From Candidatus Omnitrophota bacterium (GTDB lineage Bacteria > Omnitrophota > Gorgyraeia > Zapsychrales > Zapsychraceae): DNA of 64,000 bases. The stretch spans positions 131,084-195,083 of the forward strand of contig JADFYJ010000001.1 in assembly GCA_015233115.1 (NCBI GenBank), written 5' to 3'. The first letter of the stretch is position 1. The number at the start of each line of letters is the position of its first letter. The translations under genes and the position numbers were made by a program. The notes under the pieces are model-generated. The model had not been told where the DNA came from and made no database searches. It saw nothing but the letters and a program-made list of their open reading frames with translations. Shown in pieces: positions 40,612 to 51,153 of the stretch.

Positions 40612-42261
40612 ATGATTTTATTACAGAAAATTATCGGAGTGCTGGCTAAGATTGGCGCGGGAATTTTCCTGTTTTATTTATTTTGTTCCTGGGTAGTTAT
40701 TCCATTAGCTTTACCGTGGGTTATAGAAAGTCAGGGCACAAAGTTTTTGAAACATCAGGTGTTCGTGCGTTCCGCGCAATTCAATCCTTTTTTATGGAAA
40801 TTAAGTTTAAGGGAATTGAAAATCTTCGACGATAAAAAACATCAATTGGCTGGGTTTGAACGATTTAGTGTGGATGTAAGTTTTCTTAGTCTTTTTAAAA
40901 AGATCTACCGGATCGAATCAGTACAGTTGGACGGGTTGTCAATTCACGCAACGCTGGGATCTGGAGGGCATATTGATCTGATGGATTTAATCCCTCCGCC
41001 GGTACCAACCAGGAAAGTTGAACCGAAACCGGCAGCTGCTGTTACTGTTTCAATTGAAAAAAAGACCGCGCCTATGCCTTTGATCCAAGTTGATTCGATC
41101 ATAATGCGGCACGGCCAGATACAGTTTGATGATCAATCCGTGACCCCTGCTTTTAAGACCGTATTAAGTGATATTAATCTCACAATCCAAGGTTTTTCGA
41201 CTAAAACGGATGGTCAGACTGAAGTTGTTTTTGCCGCTAAATTGGATGATAAGGGGATTTTAAATGCCCAGGCATGGATAAAACCTTTGCAAAAACCATT
41301 AGAAATGGAATTGAATTTCGGCATGGATAAATACATGCTTACGGTATTGAGTCCTTATGTTGGCAAATATACTGGCCGGGAATTGCAAAACGGGATTTTT
41401 AATTTTAATACAATTTACCGGATAGGGAATAATCAGTTAACAGCTTCACATAAAATTTTGATACAGCATTTTGATTTTGGCAATAAGGTCGAGAGCAAAG
41501 ACGCGTTGCATTTACCTTTTGGATTAGCGGTCGCGTTATTAGAAGATCCCCAAGGCAGGATTAATATTTCTTTACCAGTAAAAGGGGATATAAGTAAACC
41601 GGAATTTCAGTATACACATTTGATCTGGCAGGTGGCACAGAATTTTTTTATTAAATTGATCACTAAACCTTTCGCGGTACTCGGTTCGCTATTTGGCGAA
41701 GAAAGCGGAACTGAAGAATTAGGGTATGCGCGGTTTATTCCTGGACAAAGCATTTTGTCTAAAGCTGAGCAGGATAAAATAGCAATCTTGGTCAAAGGGT
41801 TGAAAGATCGTCCTAAATTATTTTTGGAGATCAATGGCGGTTTTGACCCGAAGATCGACTGGAAAGCTATCAAAACGGAACTTTTTGAAAAGAATTATGC
41901 CGCGGCAATGGCGGAAAGCGATAAAGGCGAAAATCAGGTATATCAAAATTTGTATCAAGAGAGATTTGGAATTAGGGAGTTGTGGAAATTGAGCGGTAGT
42001 TTTAAGAAAAAAGGCGGAGGTTACGATTATCAAAAATTAAACAAAGAGATCCAAAGGCGTTTGATCGAAGATGCTCCCCCGGATAAAGCGGCTTTGGAAG
42101 TTTTGGCACAGACCCGGGCAAAAATGGTTTATGATAGTATGTCAAAAGCCGGGTTAGATACCGGCCGAATGCGCATTGGAAATCCCGGTGAGGTACAAAG
42201 CAGTATGGGTTTTGTTCCCGTGGAATTTACTTTGACGGTTTTTGACCAGGCAAGGAAATGA
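40612..42261 (+). CDS. AsmA/DUF748-like membrane-anchored protein
   Basis: N-terminal transmembrane segment followed by a large beta-rich domain with repeated '(L/F)xLxxLxIxD' segments typical of the AsmA/DUF748 family; stop overlaps the hgcA start (ATGA). Confidence 0.45.
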   Translation: MILLQKIIGVLAKIGAGIFLFYLFCSWVVIPLALPWVIESQGTKFLKHQVFVRSAQFNPFLWKLSLRELKIFDDKKHQLAGFERFSVDVSFLSLFKKIYRIESVQLDGLSIHATLGSGGHIDLMDLIPPPVPTRKVEPKPAAAVTVSIEKKTAPMPLIQVDSIIMRHGQIQFDDQSVTPAFKTVLSDINLTIQGFSTKTDGQTEVVFAAKLDDKGILNAQAWIKPLQKPLEMELNFGMDKYMLTVLSPYVGKYTGRELQNGIFNFNTIYRIGNNQLTASHKILIQHFDFGNKVESKDALHLPFGLAVALLEDPQGRINISLPVKGDISKPEFQYTHLIWQVAQNFFIKLITKPFAVLGSLFGEESGTEELGYARFIPGQSILSKAEQDKIAILVKGLKDRPKLFLEINGGFDPKIDWKAIKTELFEKNYAAAMAESDKGENQVYQNLYQERFGIRELWKLSGSFKKKGGGYDYQKLNKEIQRRLIEDAPPDKAALEVLAQTRAKMVYDSMSKAGLDTGRMRIGNPGEVQSSMGFVPVEFTLTVFDQARK

Positions 42262-43382
42262 CAAGAAATAAGATTGGAGTAATGATGAGTGAAAAAGAAC
42301 AATATTCATGTGGTTGTTCAGATACGAATACTACGGTAAAGCACCGATCTGTTCCTGTCATTGGTCGTATTGCCACCGATGCTGGTAATATTGATGTGGT
42401 TTCAACTAAGTGGAGTATGTGTGATCATATTGGTGAGATTAAAGTAAGACTGGACATAGCTCGCATGAATTATGCGATAGCGCCCGGAGTCTATGCTTTT
42501 GGCCGTCCTGATTCGCAATCGCCGGTGTTGGTTTCGGCAAACTATAAGCTTTCTTTCGATGTGTTAAGAAGGGAACTCGAAGGTCTTGATGTTTGGATAT
42601 TGGTGATCGATACTAAAGGCGTTAATGTTTGGTGTGCTGCTGGAAAAGGTACGTTCGGGACGCAGGAATTGGTCGAGCGGGTGAAGGCAACACAGCTTGA
42701 TAGAATTGTCAGTACACGGAAGCTTATTCTCCCTCAATTGGGTGCGCCGGGAATATCTGCACACACGGTGAAGGCTCTTTGTGGATTTCAGGTCGTGTAT
42801 GGTCCTGTTCAAGCGCGTGACTTAAAGAAATTTTTTGATGCTGGAATGAAGGCTGATCCTGCCATGCGGCGGGTGTATTTTGGTGTCATGGACAGGTTGA
42901 CGGTATCATGGCTTGAACTTGCTGTTGCACTAAAAGCCGCTGTTTTGGGGACGGTGCTTTTAGCCGTATTAATTGTACTTACGTCAACAATCCCTGCCTT
43001 AACAGTGTTCAAAGGTGAAGCATGGATGTTGTTGATTTTGTTTTGGGCCTCTGTACTCTCTGGCACAGTTCTTAATGCGGTTTTGCTTCCCTATCTTCCC
43101 GGCCGGGCTTTTTCCTTAAAGGGAGGCTTACTTGGCGCGTTCATCGCTGTCGTGATTATTTACATCAGCAAACCGCATTTGGCGCTGACAACGACAGTTG
43201 CATATACTCTCATGTCTGCGGGACTGTCGGCATTTTTGGCGTTGAACTTTACCGGAGCGTCTACATATACATCTCTCTCTGGTGTTAAAAAAGAAATTCG
43301 CTATTCTATTCCCGCGATAATTGCAATGGTGTCTGCGGGTGCGCTTTTGGAAATTGTGCATATTGTGAGGAGGCTTATATGA
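42258..43382 (+). CDS. hgcA: mercury methylation corrinoid protein HgcA
   Basis: Cap-helix motif '[15 protein letters not shown]' (the N(V/I)WCA(A/G)GK signature) in a CFeSP-like corrinoid-binding domain, plus a C-terminal ~5 transmembrane-helix domain. Confidence 0.8.
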   Translation: MTRNKIGVMMSEKEQYSCGCSDTNTTVKHRSVPVIGRIATDAGNIDVVSTKWSMCDHIGEIKVRLDIARMNYAIAPGVYAFGRPDSQSPVLVSANYKLSFDVLRRELEGLDVWILVIDTKGVNVWCAAGKGTFGTQELVERVKATQLDRIVSTRKLILPQLGAPGISAHTVKALCGFQVVYGPVQARDLKKFFDAGMKADPAMRRVYFGVMDRLTVSWLELAVALKAAVLGTVLLAVLIVLTSTIPALTVFKGEAWMLLILFWASVLSGTVLNAVLLPYLPGRAFSLKGGLLGAFIAVVIIYISKPHLALTTTVAYTLMSAGLSAFLALNFTGASTYTSLSGVKKEIRYSIPAIIAMVSAGALLEIVHIVRRLI

Positions 43383-43666
43383 AGCTCAGATATCTTTCGG
43401 GTGTTGTTACACTTAAGTACGATGTCAATAAATGTAAGGGATGCGCCAGCTGTATTGAAGTCTGTCCGCATGGGGTTTTCAGTATGGAAGCTGGTAAAGC
43501 AAGAATGGTTGATAAGGATTCCTGCATTGAGTGTGGAGCCTGTATGAAGAATTGTCCGTTTGACGCTATCTCTGTCGATGCAGGCGTGGGTTGTGCGGCG
43601 GCCATTCTTGCTTCAAAAGGAACGGGTAAGGCTGTTTGTTGTGGGAGTGAGGGAGGATGCTGCTGA
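43379..43666 (+). CDS. hgcB: mercury methylation ferredoxin HgcB (2x[4Fe-4S])
   Basis: 95 aa; '[12 protein letters not shown]' and '[12 protein letters not shown]'; C-terminal 'CCGSEGGCC'; overlaps the hgcA stop. Confidence 0.8.
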   Translation: MKLRYLSGVVTLKYDVNKCKGCASCIEVCPHGVFSMEAGKARMVDKDSCIECGACMKNCPFDAISVDAGVGCAAAILASKGTGKAVCCGSEGGCC

Positions 43667-43701
43667 ATTTGATGGTGTTTTAACAGAAGGAGAATATAAA
43701 A

Positions 43702-44736
43702 GTGGCACAGTCTATAAAAAAATTATCGTTCCTTGATCGTTATCTTACCTTGTGGATTCTTTTGGCTATGGGTATTGGTGTCGGCATTGGTTTCTTTACG
43801 CCTGGCATCGTGGGCTTTTGGAACCAGTTTCAGTCTGGATCAACTAACATACCTATCGCTATAGGACTTATTTTGATGATGTATCCGCCTTTGGCCAAGG
43901 TGAAATATGAAGAATTGGGTGATGTGTTTAAGGATTACAAAATCCTTTTTCTTTCGCTCTTTCAGAATTGGTTGATCGGGCCGATCTTGATGTTTATTTT
44001 GGCCATTGTATTCTTACGGGGTTATCCAGAATATATGATTGGATTGATCTTGATCGGGCTGGCCCGTTGTATCGCTATGGTCATCGTGTGGAATGACCTG
44101 GCTGATGGAGATACAGAGTATTGCGCTGGATTAGTGGCGTTTAATGCGGTTTTTCAAGTTTTATTTTTTTCGATTTATGCGTGGATATTTATTACCATTT
44201 TGCCGGCGTGGTTTGGGCTTAAGGGTGCGGTTGTGAACGTCACGATCCTGCAGATCGCCAAAAGTGTTTTTATTTATTTGGGGATTCCTTTTCTGGCAGG
44301 GATGATTTCAAGATTTGTTTTACTTAAGGCTAAAGGTAAGCCTTGGTACGAGAATGTTTTTATTCCGCGAATTAGTCCGATGACACTCATCGCGCTTCTT
44401 TTTACAATCTTTGTCATGTTCTCGATCAAGGGCGAATACATTGTAAAAATCCCCATGGATGTTTTACGAATCGCTTGGCCATTGTTGATCTACTTTGTGG
44501 TGATGTTTTTTGTTTCATTTTGGATGAGCCGGAAAGCTGGAGCAGATCATGGTAAGTCGGTAACATTATCTTTTACTGCGGCTAGCAATAACTTTGAGTT
44601 GGCCATAGCTGTGGCGATCGCGGTATTTGGTATAAATTCGGGAGTGGCTTTTGCGGCGGTTATCGGGCCTTTGATCGAGGTTCCGGTTATGTTGTTGTTA
44701 GTTAATGTGGCCAGAGCCTTTCAAAAGAAGAGGTAA
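43702..44736 (+). CDS. acr3: arsenite efflux transporter, ACR3 family
   Basis: '[25 protein letters not shown]'; about 10 transmembrane segments; GTG start with AAGGAGAA RBS. Confidence 0.85.
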   Translation: MAQSIKKLSFLDRYLTLWILLAMGIGVGIGFFTPGIVGFWNQFQSGSTNIPIAIGLILMMYPPLAKVKYEELGDVFKDYKILFLSLFQNWLIGPILMFILAIVFLRGYPEYMIGLILIGLARCIAMVIVWNDLADGDTEYCAGLVAFNAVFQVLFFSIYAWIFITILPAWFGLKGAVVNVTILQIAKSVFIYLGIPFLAGMISRFVLLKAKGKPWYENVFIPRISPMTLIALLFTIFVMFSIKGEYIVKIPMDVLRIAWPLLIYFVVMFFVSFWMSRKAGADHGKSVTLSFTAASNNFELAIAVAIAVFGINSGVAFAAVIGPLIEVPVMLLLVNVARAFQKKR

Positions 44737-44739
44737 TCT

Positions 44740-45165
44740 ATGGTAAAAGAAAAAGTTTTGTTCGTCTGTATTCACAACTCAGCCCGCAGTCAAATGGCAG
44801 AGGAGTTGTTACGAAAACTAGCCGGTGATAGATTTGAAGTTGAAAGTGCTGGTATTGAGCCGGGAAAGCTTAACCCGGTGGTGATCGAAGTGCTGAAAGA
44901 AATCGGCGTTGATATCACTGGCAAAAAGACACAAGCGGTCATGGACATTCTTAAGCAACGTAAACTTTACAGTTATGTTATCACTGTGTGTGATGAAACC
45001 AGCGCGGAACGTTGTCCAATATTCCCTGGAGTTGCCAAGAGGCTTCATTGGGGTTTTGCTGATCCATCTAAATTTGAAGGCTCGTGGAAAGAAAAGATCG
45101 ACAAGACCCGAGAAGTTCTAGAACAGATTCAACAAAAAATAGAAATTTGGTTGAACGAGAAGTAG
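44740..45165 (+). CDS. arsC: arsenate reductase (LMW-PTP / thioredoxin-coupled type)
   Basis: 'VLFVCIHNSARSQMAE' CX5R P-loop; 'VITVCDE...CPIFPG'. Confidence 0.8.
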   Translation: MVKEKVLFVCIHNSARSQMAEELLRKLAGDRFEVESAGIEPGKLNPVVIEVLKEIGVDITGKKTQAVMDILKQRKLYSYVITVCDETSAERCPIFPGVAKRLHWGFADPSKFEGSWKEKIDKTREVLEQIQQKIEIWLNEK

Positions 45166-45209
45166 CCCATTACAAACATTTACGCTATTGTTCAAGTTGG
45201 TTTTTAATT

Positions 45210-45644
45210 ATGCGCTTGTGGTCGCTGCATCCTTTATATTTAGATTCCAAAGGCCTCGTAGCATTGTGGCGGGAAAGTTTACTGGCACAGAAAGTTTTAA
45301 TGGGAAAAACAAAAGGTTATAAGAATCATCCTCAATTGGAAAGATTTAAAGAGCATAAGAATCCTCAAGCAGCCATTGGATATTATTTGATGAAGGTTTA
45401 CGAAGAGGCTTATTGCCGAGGATATAATTTTGATGAGACGAAAATAATAACAAAACCAAAAAGGTTGTCTCCTATCAAAGTGACTAAAGGACAAGTAAAC
45501 TTCGAGCGCATTCATTTATTTTCTAAGTTATTAAAACGTGCCTCTGAACAAGCTATAAGTTTTCAGCAATTTAAGAGGTTGCGACTCCATCCGCTTTTTA
45601 AATTGATGCCAGGTCCAGTCGCTAAATGGGAAAAGGGTAAATAA
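45210..45644 (+). CDS. pyrimidine dimer DNA glycosylase (T4 endonuclease V-like)
   Basis: 'MRLWSLHPLYLDSKGLVALWRESLLAQ' N-terminus characteristic of the Pyr_excise family; ATG at 45210 preferred over the track start at 45084. Confidence 0.55.
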   Translation: MRLWSLHPLYLDSKGLVALWRESLLAQKVLMGKTKGYKNHPQLERFKEHKNPQAAIGYYLMKVYEEAYCRGYNFDETKIITKPKRLSPIKVTKGQVNFERIHLFSKLLKRASEQAISFQQFKRLRLHPLFKLMPGPVAKWEKGK

Positions 45645-45672
45645 TTTTGATTATACTACGAAAGGATCATTA

Positions 45673-46497
45673 ATGAGTCTTGATAAAATTAATAAAATAA
45701 TTTGGTTAATTATCGGTACCGTTGTCCTCCTAGGCATAGTTTTAATTGTTGGAGGAATGGGATGGAGTTTTTTTAGTTTTAATCGACATTATCCTTCTGG
45801 GGTTGAAATTCATACAGAAAAGGGTTCACATAAAGAAAAGAGTTATGTTTTAAAGACAGTTTATGAAATGCCGTTGATAACAGAAGGTTCAGATTTTCTT
45901 GTTGTTCCTGTGAGCCTCAAGATAGTATCTAATACACAGGAATCTGAAAGGTTATTATATAAAGCAACCGAGTCTTCATCATGGGATAGTAGCAGTTATA
46001 CAAGGGTGGATTATATTGGCTATAATTATTTTAATGGTCCGTGTCACAACCTAATTTTTATCAATAAAAAGACAGGCCAGAGTGAAAAATTGTTAAGCTC
46101 GCGGGCATATATAGATGCTGTTTTTTTCCCTGAAAAGAAATTTTCAGCTGAAGAAAAAATCAAACCAGATTTTATTTTGCTAAAGATTGGCATGAAGGAT
46201 ACCAATGGAGATGGAATTATAAATAATAAAGATATTTTGGCTGGATATTTGGTTGGCCTGGATGGAAAGAATTTAACTCAGATAACTCCTTCAGAAATGA
46301 CCATGGTTTCTTGGCGGTATGATGCAGATAGCAAGAAACTTTTCGTTAAGGTCTTGGCAGATGTTGACGGAGACCGAAAGTTTACAAATGAAGATAACGA
46401 GAAAATATTAGTCGTCGATACTCAATCACCGGCTATCGGGAATGAACTTGTTTCTGAAACAGTTAAAAAAGACATTGAGGCTGTTATCAAGTTGTAG
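45673..46497 (+). CDS. membrane-anchored protein with two EF-hand/dockerin-like Ca-binding loops
   Basis: N-terminal transmembrane segment; 'DTNGDGIINNKD' and 'DVDGDRKFTNED'. Confidence 0.4.
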   Translation: MSLDKINKIIWLIIGTVVLLGIVLIVGGMGWSFFSFNRHYPSGVEIHTEKGSHKEKSYVLKTVYEMPLITEGSDFLVVPVSLKIVSNTQESERLLYKATESSSWDSSSYTRVDYIGYNYFNGPCHNLIFINKKTGQSEKLLSSRAYIDAVFFPEKKFSAEEKIKPDFILLKIGMKDTNGDGIINNKDILAGYLVGLDGKNLTQITPSEMTMVSWRYDADSKKLFVKVLADVDGDRKFTNEDNEKILVVDTQSPAIGNELVSETVKKDIEAVIKL

Positions 46498-46534
46498 AAA
46501 GTTATTCATTAACATTTATCAACAGATTGGTCCT

Positions 46535-48910
46535 ATGAGGAAGATCCTTTGTTTTTTGACGGCTTTGTCTATGGTTGGTTTAAGCTCATCTTTTTCGTCG
46601 GCAGCTGAACAAAACATAAATTTTAATCCAACCTTTGTTGGAAACGGAAATTTTGTATATTTCTCCGTCCCTGGAACAGCTTCCGTTGCTGATGGTTTTA
46701 ATTTGGCCGCATCGGGTGGTACGGCTAATGTTCCGGCTGGCGTCAGCGCTAATGCCAACGGGATGGCCTCGACTGTTTATTTTACAGGTGCTTCGTCTAT
46801 TGCGGGAAGCATCGGCCGCAACGGAGATCCGATTTCATTAATGACGTTGAATGGCGCGTCAAAAACAGTATCATTAGGAACCAGTTCTTATATTACGACA
46901 ACAAATTTTTCCGAAACTGCAGATGGGAATTCTTCTTTGTCGCTGGCTTCAGGCGTGAATTTGAACGGCAAAATTACCAATGCGGTTAGTGATAAAGGGA
47001 CATTAGTGCTTGCGGACGGCGTTCATACTGTTACTGGAGATATAGGAAGTACAGGAGCGGGACTGCATCTGGTCCAGGTCTATACCGGGAGCGCACTTTT
47101 TTCAGGAGATGTGAAGGCGACAGATTTTGACTTCGCAGGGAACGGCGGGAATGTTTCAATAGCCGCCGGAAAAAGTATTATAACAACAAATGCCATTTCT
47201 GTTTCTACGGATAGTGCCAGCACGATTCATTATCTTGGATCGACGTCAATCAGCCGGGATGTGGGAGCTGCGGCAGGGAATAAATTTGCTTTTATCTTCT
47301 TTGATGGCGGAAGTGTAACGCTTGGAGCGAACCTTTATACTAGTAATTCATCGTGGTTGGACGCTAAGACAGATATAAATAGTTCAACAGTGAATTTGAC
47401 GGGATCAAGGACAATCGGGGGACGACTAACATTGACCAATAATGGAAATATTGATGTTAGTAATTATACAGCTACGGTGAATGGTATTTACACACAAGGT
47501 TCCGGTTCGGCACTGAAATTAGCAGCTAATTCTGCTACAGATTACGGCAAGATCCAAACAACAAATGCCGCTGTAGTAGATTCAGGCTCTATCGTCAATG
47601 TGACAGTCGGAGGCTATATTCCGAATAATGCGGTCATGAAGATCATTGACACAGGATCATTGGGTATTGGTAGTGTTCCAGGAACTGTTACCTCCAGCAA
47701 TGCCCGTGTAAGATTTTTGCCTTCAACTTCTAATAATAATCTTATTTTGACCGCAAGCCGTACTGCAACCGGATATGCGTCTCTGGCAACGACACCAGAT
47801 TCGAATGCTGCGGGAACGGTACTGGATAATATTACAAATCCGTCGACGGACATGACAACTATATTGAACACTCTTGATGGTCTTACTAATTCGCAGACAG
47901 CTAACGTGCTTAATACCATGGTTCCGTACAGTAGTGGTTTTGACCTTCAAGTTCCGGTGACCCAAATGGAGCAGTTTGTGGGTGCTCAGATGGATCATTT
48001 AGGTGGAGTGTTAGCAATGGCTTTTGAAGATGCGTTGCCTGAAACCGGAATGTCCGCTGGTGATCAGCCCAGTTCATACTCAACTTGGTTTAAGGCATTT
48101 GGAACAGCGGCTCATCAGGATCCCAGAGGCACCAGCCAGGGGTATAATGTTTCCAATGGCGGCGGAGCAATTGGTATTGAAAAAAGTTTCTCAGATAATT
48201 TTAAAGTCGGTTTAGCCGCGGGCAATTCCGAGAGCTGGGTGCGCGCTAAGGATAATGCTACTCGCACAGAAATTAATTCTACACAGGTATCTTTGTATGG
48301 CGGTTTAAAACCTGTGACAAGTCCGTGGTATTTAAATGGTTCACTGAATTACGCGAATGGCCAGTATGACAGCTCACGCGAAATCCATGTTAGTTCTTCT
48401 GATAATCGTATTGCCAATGCCGATTATCGCAGCGATCTTTACGGCGCGGCACTGGAATCTGGATATGGGATTAAAGCTGGGAATATGATACTTACCCCGT
48501 TGGCATCCTTGGCGTATAACCATTTGCATTTAAGCAAGTATGGTGAAACTAATGCCGGTGCTATGAATTTAAATATCGCGGCCCAAGATTATGATAATTT
48601 ACGCGCTGGAGTGGGTACCAAAATTGAATTGAATAAAAATTATTCTTTTGGAAATTTAACACCGGAGATCCATGCCAAGTATCTATATGATATTATTGCG
48701 GATCGACAGAATATCATCGCTTCATTCGCGGGCGGCGGAACAGCTTTTTCCGTTGCAGGCTATAAGCCGGCCAGGTCTGGGGTTAATGTGGGGACATCAT
48801 TGACTTTGGCGACAAAGAAAAATGTGACTTTATCTTTACAGTATGATTTAGAAATGCGTCAAGATTATTATGCTCATACAGGATTCTTGAATGTTTCCTA
48901 TAAATTCTAA
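46535..48910 (+). CDS. autotransporter (passenger with Ser/Thr/Asn-rich beta-helix plus C-terminal beta-barrel)
   Basis: Signal peptide MRKILCFLTALSMVGLSSSFSSA; repetitive passenger domain; C-terminal ~280 aa barrel ending 'LNVSYKF'. Confidence 0.65.
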   Translation: MRKILCFLTALSMVGLSSSFSSAAEQNINFNPTFVGNGNFVYFSVPGTASVADGFNLAASGGTANVPAGVSANANGMASTVYFTGASSIAGSIGRNGDPISLMTLNGASKTVSLGTSSYITTTNFSETADGNSSLSLASGVNLNGKITNAVSDKGTLVLADGVHTVTGDIGSTGAGLHLVQVYTGSALFSGDVKATDFDFAGNGGNVSIAAGKSIITTNAISVSTDSASTIHYLGSTSISRDVGAAAGNKFAFIFFDGGSVTLGANLYTSNSSWLDAKTDINSSTVNLTGSRTIGGRLTLTNNGNIDVSNYTATVNGIYTQGSGSALKLAANSATDYGKIQTTNAAVVDSGSIVNVTVGGYIPNNAVMKIIDTGSLGIGSVPGTVTSSNARVRFLPSTSNNNLILTASRTATGYASLATTPDSNAAGTVLDNITNPSTDMTTILNTLDGLTNSQTANVLNTMVPYSSGFDLQVPVTQMEQFVGAQMDHLGGVLAMAFEDALPETGMSAGDQPSSYSTWFKAFGTAAHQDPRGTSQGYNVSNGGGAIGIEKSFSDNFKVGLAAGNSESWVRAKDNATRTEINSTQVSLYGGLKPVTSPWYLNGSLNYANGQYDSSREIHVSSSDNRIANADYRSDLYGAALESGYGIKAGNMILTPLASLAYNHLHLSKYGETNAGAMNLNIAAQDYDNLRAGVGTKIELNKNYSFGNLTPEIHAKYLYDIIADRQNIIASFAGGGTAFSVAGYKPARSGVNVGTSLTLATKKNVTLSLQYDLEMRQDYYAHTGFLNVSYKF

Positions 48911-49715
48911 AACATTAATATGGACCGTTGTCATAATGGCAGTGATTGTTTTGACCGGATGTGCCTCAATTGAGACACAGGCGGTGCGTGAAAGGTTCAT
49001 AAAGCAAACCCTTTATGCGCCGCCATTTTATTTAACAGCGTATCATAAATTATCAGGCTCATCCGATACTCTGGTTGTTTATATTGAAGGAGACGGTTAC
49101 GCATGGGTTTCACGCATAGTACCCTCTGATGATCCAACTCCTCGACATCCGCTGGCATTTTTTCTAGCCACTCAGGACAAATCTCCCAATGTCTTATACT
49201 TGGCCAGGCCGGGACAGTTCCTTGCGGCAGGTGCTCCAGCCGTTGATCAGGCATATTGGACCTCAAAACGATATAGCGAAGAAGTGATCCAATCCATGAA
49301 TTCCGCGATTAATGAGATCAAACGTTCGTCAGGCGCCAATAAAATCTCTTTGATCGGATATTCAGGCGGTGCGGCTGTCGCTGTGTTGGTGGCTGCACTC
49401 AGGAATGACGTTACCGCATTAAGGACTGTGGCAGGAAATCTTGCTCCGGATGTTTTCTCTCAGGAGCATCATTTGAGTCAGTTATTCGGTTCATTAAATC
49501 CAGTGACTGTAGCGCCAACGATTAACGCGATTCCACAGCGGCATTTTGTCGGTCAGAAAGATAGGATCGTGACAAAACAGGTCACAGAAGCGTTTCTCGA
49601 CGCTGAAGGAGATGATTCTCGGCAAACCATGACTGAAGTTTATGGCGCGGATCACACACATGGCTGGAAAGAGCATTGGCAAAAACTTTTATTGATACCG
49701 TTACATAGTAATTAG
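48891..49715 (+). CDS. lipoprotein, alpha/beta-hydrolase fold
   Basis: Lipobox LTGC; 'IGYSGGAAVA' (GxSxG nucleophile elbow). Confidence 0.5.
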   Translation: MFPINSKTLIWTVVIMAVIVLTGCASIETQAVRERFIKQTLYAPPFYLTAYHKLSGSSDTLVVYIEGDGYAWVSRIVPSDDPTPRHPLAFFLATQDKSPNVLYLARPGQFLAAGAPAVDQAYWTSKRYSEEVIQSMNSAINEIKRSSGANKISLIGYSGGAAVAVLVAALRNDVTALRTVAGNLAPDVFSQEHHLSQLFGSLNPVTVAPTINAIPQRHFVGQKDRIVTKQVTEAFLDAEGDDSRQTMTEVYGADHTHGWKEHWQKLLLIPLHSN

Positions 49716-49825
49716 TAATTTCTTTATTTTAAGGCGTTGTAACTAGTATTATAGTTGCAGGGCCTTTTTGATTGGTGTATCATAAATCTCACTAAATTTT
49801 AGCAAAGAATTTTAAGGAGCATGTA

Positions 49826-50668
49826 TTGAAGGGGTTTATTAAATCTGCGGTTAAACCGGAAAATGGCGAAGATTCAGCGTATTATATTTGTTTTTTAGAC
49901 GACGATGTTCTGGTCGAGAAGAGCAACGAAAGTGAATTTTTTCCGCTTTTAACAAATGAAATGGCAAAAAAATTTGGTTTTCAGAAGGAATGTTTTATTG
50001 GTTTTTTGAATAATAAGTCATGCTACACGTTGGCCACAGCCGATAAGATTTTATCGGATGAGTATCAGTATATTAGTTTAAGAGATATTTTTTTAACGCG
50101 TGAAAAATTTATTTTTGATATTACCGGGTATGCAAAGCAGATTCATAATTGGAATAGAAATTTTAGTTTTTGTGGGAGATGTGCTTCACAAACGGTTTTA
50201 CTTCCGAACGAACATGCGAGACTTTGCGAAAGGTGTCAATTAATCAATTATCCCAGGATTTCGCCTGCGATCATTACGGTGGTTGTTAAGGATAATCAAA
50301 TATTGTTAGCTCGAGGGCATAAATTTCAGGATAAACAAATGTTTAGTGTTTTGGCCGGATTCGTTGAAGCTGGGGAATCTTTGGAAGATTGTGTTAAACG
50401 TGAGATTTTAGAAGAAGTTGGTATTGAGGTAAAAAATGTGCAGTATTTTAAAAGTCAGTCTTGGCCTTTTCCCGATAGTTTAATGATTGGATTTACGGCT
50501 GCTTATAAGAGCGGTGAAATTAAAATTGATGATAATGAGATCGCCGAAGCCGGATGGTTTAAAGCTGATGCTCTTCCCAAGATTCCGAATCAGCGTTCTC
50601 TTTCAGGTGAATTAATTCAATGGTTTCTGAATAATAGGAAGCAACATTCAAATGAGAACATCAAATAA
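49826..50668 (+). CDS. nudC: NADH pyrophosphatase (NUDIX, NudC-like)
   Basis: Zinc ribbon 'CGRCASQTV...CERCQ'; Nudix box 'LAGFVEAGESLEDCVKREILEEVGI'. Confidence 0.8.
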   Translation: MKGFIKSAVKPENGEDSAYYICFLDDDVLVEKSNESEFFPLLTNEMAKKFGFQKECFIGFLNNKSCYTLATADKILSDEYQYISLRDIFLTREKFIFDITGYAKQIHNWNRNFSFCGRCASQTVLLPNEHARLCERCQLINYPRISPAIITVVVKDNQILLARGHKFQDKQMFSVLAGFVEAGESLEDCVKREILEEVGIEVKNVQYFKSQSWPFPDSLMIGFTAAYKSGEIKIDDNEIAEAGWFKADALPKIPNQRSLSGELIQWFLNNRKQHSNENIK

Positions 50669-50683
50669 AAAGGAGCCGTGTAA

Positions 50684-51136
50684 ATGAAGAAAAGATTCGC
50701 AGCAATCGTCATTGGTTTATCATTATTGCCTTTAGTTGGTTGCGCTTCTACTATGCTTGTCGAGAAAACAACAGCCATGGCAACAACGGCAGTACAGGAC
50801 AAGTTTAGTTTTGATGTGTCAACACCAGGAGCGGAAACCGGCAAACTAATGGTTCACTGCAGGCCGCCAAGCAATCAGATGTTTGTTGACCGATATGCGA
50901 TCGCTATAGATTCCAAGGCTCCTTTGGTTGTCACTAAAGAAAGTGATTCGGATATAAAACTTAACGCGGGAGAACATTCTGTGAAATTTTATGCCACATT
51001 TCCTGATCCTAAACAAAGCGAGAAAGTTGCTTTTGGCAAGCTGACCCAAAAAAAGATGGTTATTACGAAAGATCAAGAAACAAGTGTAAAATATACTGGT
51101 CCATGGCGTTTATTTGGCCAAGGCAAGGTTGAATAA
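50684..51136 (+). CDS. hypothetical lipoprotein
   Basis: Lipobox LVGC. Confidence 0.4.
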   Translation: MKKRFAAIVIGLSLLPLVGCASTMLVEKTTAMATTAVQDKFSFDVSTPGAETGKLMVHCRPPSNQMFVDRYAIAIDSKAPLVVTKESDSDIKLNAGEHSVKFYATFPDPKQSEKVAFGKLTQKKMVITKDQETSVKYTGPWRLFGQGKVE

Positions 51137-51153
51137 ACCGGTAAGAGATATTT

